Below are positions 45,701 to 53,700 of a stretch of 64,000 nucleotides of DNA, piece after piece; position 1 is the first letter of the stretch; the number at the start of each line of letters is the position of its first letter. Under the pieces are notes generated by a model. That model saw only the letters and a program-made list of their open reading frames with translations, had not been told where the DNA came from and searched no databases. The DNA lies in NCBI GenBank assembly GCA_904501735.1, contig CAJGBY010000005.1:27660-91659 (forward strand), written 5' to 3'. The translations under genes were made by a program, and so were the position numbers. The DNA is from an uncultured Muribaculaceae bacterium (lineage in GTDB: Bacteria > Bacteroidota > Bacteroidia > Bacteroidales > Muribaculaceae).

Positions 45701-46217
45701 CGTCGGCGTGGTCTTCCCATTTGAGGATGAGCCAGAACACCAAAGCAGTACAGAACGAAGAGAACGCATACACTTCGGCTTCGACAGCTGAGAACCAGAA
45801 AGTGTCGCTCCAAGTGTAGGCAAGAGCACCACAGATACCACTACCAAAGATAACAATCATTTGGGTGAGAGACATAGCATCTTCCTCGCCATCTTTCACG
45901 GTGAGACGGCGCACGAGGTGTGTTATAGTCCAGAATAGCAGCAATATAGTGCCGGCACTGAGCAAAGCACTCATTGCGTTCACCGCCAATGCGATGTGGG
46001 CTGTGTCGCCACCAACAAAGTTGATGAAGAAGCGAGCAGCAAGAATGAATATAGGGTTGCCTGGTGGGTGACCTACTTCAAGTTTGTAACCTTGTGCGAT
46101 GAACTCACCGCAGTCCCAGAAGCTTGCAGTTGGCTCAAGAGTGAGCATATAGGTTATGGTTGCTATAGCAAACATAAGCCAACCGAGCGATGTGTTAATT
46201 AAGTTGTATTTTCTCAT
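42783..46217 (-). CDS. DUF2723-family giant membrane protein (GT-C-like, TMEM260/protein O-mannosyltransferase-like)
   Basis: The N-terminus has ASFWDCGEFIA and GHPPGNPIF motifs typical of DUF2723, followed by >12 TM helices, a large soluble domain, and a helical-repeat C-terminus. Confidence 0.8.
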   Translation of the reverse strand: MRKYNLINTSLGWLMFAIATITYMLTLEPTASFWDCGEFIAQGYKLEVGHPPGNPIFILAARFFINFVGGDTAHIALAVNAMSALLSAGTILLLFWTITHLVRRLTVKDGEEDAMSLTQMIVIFGSGICGALAYTWSDTFWFSAVEAEVYAFSSFCTALVFWLILKWEDHADEEHSDRYLILIAYVIGVSVAVHLLNLLCIPAIVLVYYYKKFKNTSAKGSLIALLLSFIIIAAILYGLVPGFVEMAQYFELFFVNTLGFGFNSGTLFYAIAVLAIFVWCVFELYKQRSATRIKIAFFCTVFFSGTLLIGDGVMLPLALTAALVVYLWKFCKNIPVRWFTIVAMSIFVIFVGYSSYAVILIRSNAQTPMDQNSPDNVFALASYLNREQYGDRPLLYGETFQSGIVYEVNSSGIPKAIVTEGKKLYAKKVKSNPDEADEYIVTGRTKKYKMTPELNMLFPRMYSGSHIQQYKEWTGMKGTMVNATTYVDGNGNTLANEPKLKPTFLENLQFFISYQMNHMYWRYFMWNFAGRQNDIQGNGEITQGNWISGIPFIDNWRLGDQSLMPADLTTDNKGHNVFFMLPLLLGIIGLLWQAFVSKRGIEQFWVVTFLFLMTGVAIVVYLNQYPNQPRERDYAFAGSFYAFTIWVGMGVAGLWYILRQYVMKKDKQARAAAWVAAVVGLLVPLQMVSQTWDDHDRSGRYCARDFGKNYLASVDQNGIIFTNGDNDTFPLWYAQEVEDYRTDVRVINLSYLATDWYINQMRRPAYESEPVPMIADAETFAYDQRQYGYLISPDSTLTPALKAVEHFYGDSKNAKYNLYEFKYPRMYIPVDADAAVAQNVVSERYKEYINPYISLDMLNEPNTRADGAMNTSKVMSIDIVASAIAEGWKRPVYFAMTVPDKYYLGLTPYMLNTGMAYQVTPVAYNASGDAGVNTEKMYENVTKKFTWGGLDTAEPGSLYLDESVRRMVSTTRSTMLDLATALAQESYMFKVEASEMDTTSAQYAEKMKWANDSENKCREILDLMIAKLPEKACSYSLSMGMDIASLYMTLGEETGNEEDLKKAEAILEREVLKYAEYVRFFQSLEPSKYNLISRYDMYIDRNIFASCLQSYAQIVDDETMTAMLMKIEALGVNLDRINLSGKDA

Positions 46218-46308
46218 TTTTACCGATGAGGATATAATGTTAGAAGTTTATAAATTCACAATTTAACAAGCAAAGATAATATAACGGGATTAATAATCGA
46301 GTAATTTT

Positions 46309-46340
46309 TTTGAAAAATAACACAATGTTATGTATTTTTG
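46309..46340 (+). promoter_or_regulatory. Bacteroidetes-type promoter of the histidine kinase gene
   Basis: TTTG (46309-12), 20 nt, TATTTTTG (46333-40), then ATG 46372. Confidence 0.45.
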
Positions 46341-46371
46341 TGAGTTATATATAGAAAAAGAATATTGAAAG

Positions 46372-47580
46372 ATGGCTTTTAATGATATATACAGTTCGCG
46401 AAGAGTCCTAAAATGGGGGCTTGTAATCGTGTCGGCTCTGCTTGTGGGATATTTCCTTTACTTCTCAAACAATCTGGTGAAGGACTTGTCGGAACAAGAA
46501 CGAGATCGCATGCAAATATGGGCCGATGCCACCAAGGAGCTTGTGTCGATGAGTGTTGCAACCGAATCGTCGCCAGCCAATGTGAACTTTCTGTTGAGTA
46601 TCATCGAAGCCAACGATAATATCCCCGTTCTTCTTGTTGACGAGAACGATAATATCCTCGACCATCGCAATTTTCAGTTGCCCGACGCCAATGATAGTGT
46701 GAGCTATTATGGAATGCTATCGGAGGTGAATAAGGCGTTTCTTGATGATAAGTTGAGGGGGTTGAAACACTCGTCCAATCGCATTGATATTCAGATAGAT
46801 GAAGATATAACTCACAATCTGTATTACGAAGATTCTACGCTGTTGCGTCGCTTGCAATTCTATCCTTATGTGCTGCTTGGCGTGCTTGTGGTGTTTGTGC
46901 TTGTGGTGTATTTTGCGCTAATGAGTATCAAGAAAGCCGAGCAAAACAAGGTGTGGGTGGGATTGTCGAAAGAAACAGCCCATCAGTTGGGCACACCAAT
47001 ATCGTCGCTTATGGCGTGGATGCAGATGCTCGAAACCACCGATTTGGACTCGTCGATAGTGGAGGATATGAACAAAGATGTGAATCGCTTGTCGATTATT
47101 GCCGATAGATTCTCAAAGATTGGTTCGAAGCCCGAAATGGAACTTGCATTTGTGAATGAGTCGGTGGTGAAAAGTTTGGAATATATGCGCACACGCATAT
47201 CACAACGCGTGAAACTCAATATTCACACAGGCGATGATGAATGCGGTGTGTTGTTGTGTATGTCGCTATTTGAATGGGTGATGGAAAACCTTACTAAGAA
47301 CGCAGTGGATGCGATGCAAGGTGAGGGTAAGATAGATATCACAGTGTCGAGCAATGCGAACACTGTTCTGATCGATGTGGCCGATACGGGTAAAGGTATC
47401 GCTCGCAAGAACTTTGGCAATGTGTTCAATCCTGGCTATACGACCAAAAAACGAGGTTGGGGGCTTGGTCTTACATTGGTGAAGCGCATCATCGAAGAAT
47501 ACCACGGAGGACGCATCTATGTGAAGGAGTCGGAACTGGGCAAAGGTACCACTTTCCGCATCGAATTGCCTCGCGCGTAG
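46372..47580 (+). CDS. Sensor histidine kinase (2 TM, periplasmic loop, HisKA plus HATPase_c), no adjacent response regulator
   Basis: H-box ETAHQLGTPISSL, N-box NLTKNAVDA, G1 DTGKGI and G2 GWGLGL. TM helices are at residues ~15-32 and ~163-185. Confidence 0.85.
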   Translation: MAFNDIYSSRRVLKWGLVIVSALLVGYFLYFSNNLVKDLSEQERDRMQIWADATKELVSMSVATESSPANVNFLLSIIEANDNIPVLLVDENDNILDHRNFQLPDANDSVSYYGMLSEVNKAFLDDKLRGLKHSSNRIDIQIDEDITHNLYYEDSTLLRRLQFYPYVLLGVLVVFVLVVYFALMSIKKAEQNKVWVGLSKETAHQLGTPISSLMAWMQMLETTDLDSSIVEDMNKDVNRLSIIADRFSKIGSKPEMELAFVNESVVKSLEYMRTRISQRVKLNIHTGDDECGVLLCMSLFEWVMENLTKNAVDAMQGEGKIDITVSSNANTVLIDVADTGKGIARKNFGNVFNPGYTTKKRGWGLGLTLVKRIIEEYHGGRIYVKESELGKGTTFRIELPRA

Positions 47581-47649
47581 GCGAAAAATCCCTTTTTGAA
47601 TACAATTTTTATACAAATACGGCTATAAAATGCAGCATTTGGTCTATTT

Positions 47650-47683
47650 TTTGCTAATAATTGGTTGATTTGTAGTAAATTTG
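47650..47683 (+). promoter_or_regulatory. Possible promoter of the giant subtilase gene
   Basis: TTTG (47650-53), 22 nt, TAAATTTG (47676-83). The spacing is slightly long. Confidence 0.35.
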
Positions 47684-47763
47684 CAGACTATTTCCGACTT
47701 TTTATCTTTAAGATAAAAAAGGGTTAGAAAACAACTTTTTATTAACTAATAAATTCATCTATT

Positions 47764-50700
47764 ATGCAAAAAATGGCATTAAGATTGTTATTGTTGCTTA
47801 CAATATTTGTAGGTGGCAATATTTTTGCGTATGCTGGTGAAGCCGTAGCAAAGAAGGGCGTTATTCGCGTGAAGTTGCAACCAGAGGTAGCACTTCAATT
47901 GGGAAAAACACCTCGCATGCAAACTGCAGGCGTGTTGAAGACCGGAATTACCCCTCTCGACGCATCGGCAAAAGCTATTAAGGCTTACAGTATTCGCAGA
48001 GTTTTCCCTTATGCGCCAAAGTTTGAGGCACAAAGGGCAAAATACGGTCTTGATCGTTGGTATGAAATTACCTTCGATGAAGGAGTAACTAATGCAAAAG
48101 CTTTGAGCGTGTTGAAGCAAACAGCAGGCGTACAAGATGCACACTGCATTGTTCCAATGGAGCTAAAGGAAAGTACAACATTCCGTAAAGCAACAGCGGC
48201 ACCAAAGGCAGCGAGCTCAGCAATGCCTTTCAACGACCCTCGTTTGCCATCACAATGGCACTATTTCAACGATGGTAGCTTGGCACAAAGCAAGGCTGGA
48301 GCCGACATCAACTTGTTTGAAGCGTGGAAGATTACCACAGGTAGCAACAAGGTGACAGTGGCAATTATCGACGGTGGTATCGACATGTCACACGAAGACC
48401 TTGCAGCCAATGTAGCAAAGAACGAAGCTGAGTTGAATGGTAAGGCAGGTGTCGACGATGACGGTAACGGATATATCGACGATATTTATGGCTGGAACTT
48501 CTGTACTAATTCAGCTGAAATCTATCCACACGACCACGGTACACACGTGGCTGGTACAGTTGCTGCTGTGAACAACAACGGTATCGGTGTAGCAGGTGTA
48601 GCAGGTGGTGATGGTACTCCAGGTTCGGGTATTAAAATGATCTCTGTTCAAGTGTTCGACTCTCGTTCAGGTTCGGGTGATGCCGACTTCGCAGCAGCAT
48701 TGGTATATGCTGCAGAACGCGGAGCAACAATCGCTCAATGTTCATGGGGTTGGGGTTCAGCCGACTACAAAGAACAATCGGTACTTGATGCAATCGACTA
48801 TTTCACCGATGCAGCTCGTAGCGAAAACATGAATGGTGGTCTATGTATCTTCGCAGCAGGTAACGATGGTGCAACAGGTAACTGGTATCCTGGTTGCTAT
48901 GAACCAGTAGTTGCAGTAGCAGCGATGGGCGACGACTTGACTCCAACAACTTATTCAAACTATGGCGAATGGGTAGATGTAGTAGCACCTGGTGGTCTTT
49001 TGGACTACGGTGATGCACATGGTATTTTGAGTACACTTCCTGACAACTCTTATGGTTTCAGCGAAGGTACATCAATGGCAACTCCTCATGTGTCGGGTAT
49101 TGCAGCACTATTCTTGTCAAAGCATGGTAAGGCAGAGTTGATCAACGAAACACTTCGTCAACAACTTATCACTTCGGTTAACGATTTCTACACACTAAAT
49201 CCAGCAGCCGAAGGATTGTTCGGTAGTGGATATGTTGATGCAGCTAAGGCTCTTGCAATGGGCGACGGAACAGCTCCATCGGCAGTGTCATCGTTCAGCG
49301 TATATCCAGGACAAGACAATGTAACACTTGGTTGGATTATTCCAGCATCAAGCGACAACAATGTAAACAATCACATTTTGTATTACAGCAAAACCGCATT
49401 TGACGCAAATAGCGACTTGAGCGCAGTGTCAACAAAGGTTATCGATACAAAATTCCTATCATCGGGTGACTCAATCACATACGAATTGACAGGTCTTGAA
49501 TCGCTTACAACTTACTACTTTGCGATGAAGGCTGTGAATCGTTGGGGTAATGCATCAGAATTGTCTCCAGTAGTGAGCGCAACAACAAATGCAGGTCCAA
49601 AGATGACAATCGACAAGAGCTCAATTTCATTGACAGTGAAGGCTGGTGTTGCATCAGCAGTAACATTCAATGTGGGCAACCAAGACGAAGGTTTGTTGAA
49701 GTGGAATGGTCTTGCACGCACTACACAACAAACTATCAGCACTCGCGCACTTAACAATCGTCCTCTTGTACCATCGGTTAAGCCATTCAACGGCAAGCTA
49801 AGCTCAGAAAAGGCTACTACTTATGCAGTAGTGAGAGGCGAAGGTTTCCATCAAGATGAATATCCAGTAGAAATGGCATATTTCGATGCATACTATGCAA
49901 GCATCGGTGAAACAGATACATCATTGCCTAACTCGGCTGCACAATGGTTCTATGTTGATCCTAATGAATATCCAGAAGGTTTCAACTTGACAGCAGTGAA
50001 GAAGACTTCTTTCTATGGTGAATCGGCAGTGGTTCAAATCTACAAGGGAAGTAACTTGACACAAGCTAATTTGGCTCAAGAAATCACTCCAACATCATTC
50101 TATTCTGATATGGTAGTGAGACTTAATGAGCAAATGTACTTTGCACCAGGTGAATCATTCTGGGTAGTATATCATTTCCCTGCACAAGAAGCTGCTTACC
50201 CACTTGGCTTGGCTACAGCAAAAGACGAAGCTTATGCTGGCTATAGCTACATGAGTAACGACATGGGTAAGACATGGGTGAAGGTTGTAGATGTATTGAA
50301 GGGTAGCGCTTACGAAGCACTTGGCAACAATGTATCTTGGGCTATTACAGCAATGAGCCAAAACCCTGACTGGAGCGAAGTTCTTGTTCTTAATCCAAAT
50401 GAAGGTTCTGTTAAGTATAACGAAAAGCAAGAAGTATCAGTAACTACAAACGGCGAACCTCTAATCAATGGTACTTATAAGTTCAACATTCGATTCAACA
50501 CTAACGAATCGGCAGCTAATCAGTTGAAGATCCCAGTAACATTGACAGTTTCGGGTAATACAGCTAAAATGAAGGGCCCAAAGATTGTTGATTTCGGCAA
50601 TCTACTTGTAGGTCAAGAAAAGACTCTTACAGTTGAGGTTTACAACGAAGGTTATGGCATATTTGGTTACTATGGCTCATTGAGTGGTAATAGAATCACT

Positions 50701-53700
50701 TGCTCATCGGCAAACTTCAAGGCACCAAGTTATATCTCTGGTGGTTTCCCAGCTCGTGCAACATCAACATTTGAAGTTACATTTGCACCACAAGAAGCAG
50801 GAAGCTTGACAGGCGTTCTTACATTCAAGAATGGCGACAACACTACTTACAGCATTACTCTACAAGGTGTGGCAACTGAGCCAGCTAAGATTGTAGTAGA
50901 TCCAGCTGAAGTGAAGGTAGGTGATCTTGCTGTGGGTGGCGAAGAAGTGAAGGCTACATTCAATATCAAGAACGAAGGTAAGTACCCACTTGAATATGTA
51001 TTCCCTAAGTTCAGCAATGAAACTATCGAAGGTAGCACATCAAAGGCTCATAAGTTTGGTTACACAGCCCTTACTAACTTGAATGGCGATACAACATTCG
51101 CTTATGATGGCAATTCAGAACTTATCGGCGCTACTGATATCACATCGGTATTCAGCGATGATAACTATTTCTCTAAGCCTATTTCATTAGGATTTGCATT
51201 CCCATTCTATGGTAAGACTTACGAAAATATCTACATAAACAGTTTCGGTGGTTTGCAATTTGCTATTGGCGAATACACATTGCGCGCACCAGTGAGCGAA
51301 AGCTCTTATGGTACTGAAAATGTAGGTTACATCTCAGCTTATGGTTATCAATTGCAATTTGGTCCTGATTCAAAGATTGAGTATGCAAAACAAGATGGTA
51401 AGTTTGTGGTTAAGTACAGCAATGTATTAGCACTTGTATACGATCAAGAATATACTCCAGTATCATTCCGCATTGCATTGTCATCAAATGGTGATATCGA
51501 AGTGTTCTACGATAGCTACGATCCAATGTCAATGAACTTGTTCCAAGAAGGTTCAACATTGTATTGCGGTATCCTTGACCCAGCTTGTGCTGATGCGTTG
51601 ACAATGACTTCGGCTGATATCGCTGACTATTGGGGACAAAATGATGATCTTGCAGGCGACATGTATGTGAATTTCACTAACCAATCATCAGTGAAGTTCG
51701 TTGCACCAAAGCCAAACATGGTAACAGCACTTAGCTCAACATCGGGCGTTGTAAACCCAGGCGAAACAGCTATTATTGAAGCAACTCTTAAGGCAGACGA
51801 AACAATGAATGCTGGCGAAAACTTCAATAATATCGTAATCTTAAGCAATGACCCAGTAAATGGAACAGCATTTGTTAAGTTTACAGCTAATATCGTAGGC
51901 GATGAGTTGCTTCCAGTGGTAGCACTTGAATCAAACGATATCAACTTTGGTAAGGTGTTCCGTACATCGGATACAAAGGTGGTAGTTACTGTGAAGAATA
52001 CTGGTAAGAAGGTGATGGAAGTAACTGAAGTGAAGGCTGAAAACAATGTGGTAACATTTGAAGCTACAGTTCCATTCGCAATCGAACCAGGTATGTCAAA
52101 GGACATCGTGGTAACTATCCCAACAGAAAATGAAGGTGCAGTAGCCGACGCTATCACAGTGGTTACAAATGCTGGCGAAGTGAAGGCAAATATCGCTGGT
52201 GAAGTGATTGGTGTACCAACATTGGATTTGAGCTACAATGAAATCAAGAGCACACTTAACAGTGGTGATGAATTGAAGGCTCCTCTTACTATTACAAATA
52301 ATGGTAATGAAACTCTATTGTACTCTATCACACCAAATCCTGAATATATCTCATTCAGCGAAGAATTTAGTGCTGATTCAAAGGTGTCGTATGCATATAC
52401 AGCATCAATTGATGGCGCAGGCGCTAAATATGATTGGGTAGACATCGAAACAACAGGTCTTGGTGAACAAAACAACTTCACATACTATAACTCTCACGAC
52501 TTCGTGGCAGTAGAACTTCCATTCGAATTCCCATTCTATGGTAAGAAGTATAGCAAGATGTATGTTTACAACACTGGTTTCGTATCATTCACTGAACGCA
52601 ATGACGATAAGGTGTGGCCAGAACCACCAGCAGCATTCCCAGGTGGAACAGTTTATACAAACTTGATCGCACCATATTGGGGCTTGCATACAATGGACCA
52701 AACTAAGTCAGCAGGTACTTATCACTATGTAACCGAAAACGAAGCTATTATTTCGTGGATGGAATATGGTAACACAATGAACATGGGCGTATGTTATCAA
52801 TTGATTATGCGCAAAGATGGTTCATTCAAGTTCCAATACAAGGGCTTAGGTGATTATGCAGTTATCTATAGCGCATTCGGTCTTGCTGGTTTGTCAAACG
52901 AAGATGGCTCAAACGGTGTTAAGATTCCAGAACGCTATATCCAATTCGGAAATGCAGTAGAATTCACACCAGTAGTAGAAGTAGCAGTAGCTGCTGGCGA
53001 AAATCGCGTTGTTGACATCGAAGTTCTTACTGATAAGTTGGCAGGTGTTTACAATAGCGCAATCAAGTTGAATTCAAATGTACCAGGTAAGGAAAAGGTA
53101 GAATTGCCTATCGAACTAACTATTAATGGTGTTGCTAAGCCAGTGTTCCCAACAGATACTATCGTAGTAGAACGCATCATCGGTTCTTATGATGGTTATC
53201 GTGAAGACCTACCAGTAGGTGGTGTAACAGGTATGGGCGCAATGTATGAAGCAGGATTCAAGATTGAAAACCAAGGAACAGCTGCATTCACTATTACAAA
53301 TGTAGTGAACGGTGGTCCTTCAATCTATGATGATTGGTTCGATATGTATACTCCAATCTTCAGCACTTACTATTATGCTCCAGAACTTGATTGGATAACA
53401 GGTGAACCAACAGGTAACTATGCTTGGACTCAATATTACGATTATTTACCAGTAACTGTTGACAATAATGGAGTATATTTCACTATTCCAATGATTGACT
53501 ATACAACAGCTTACACTCCTGGTGTATATGACATTCCATTGACATTCCACTACAACGAAAGTGATGTGGCAGTGGTGAATGTGAGATTTATCGTAACTCC
53601 AGCTCCAGTAGCATCTCTTGATAAGAGTGAAATTCGTGTAGAAAACGCTACCGACTCACACAAGAGCGTTGAAACAGTGACATTGAGCAATGTGGGTCAA

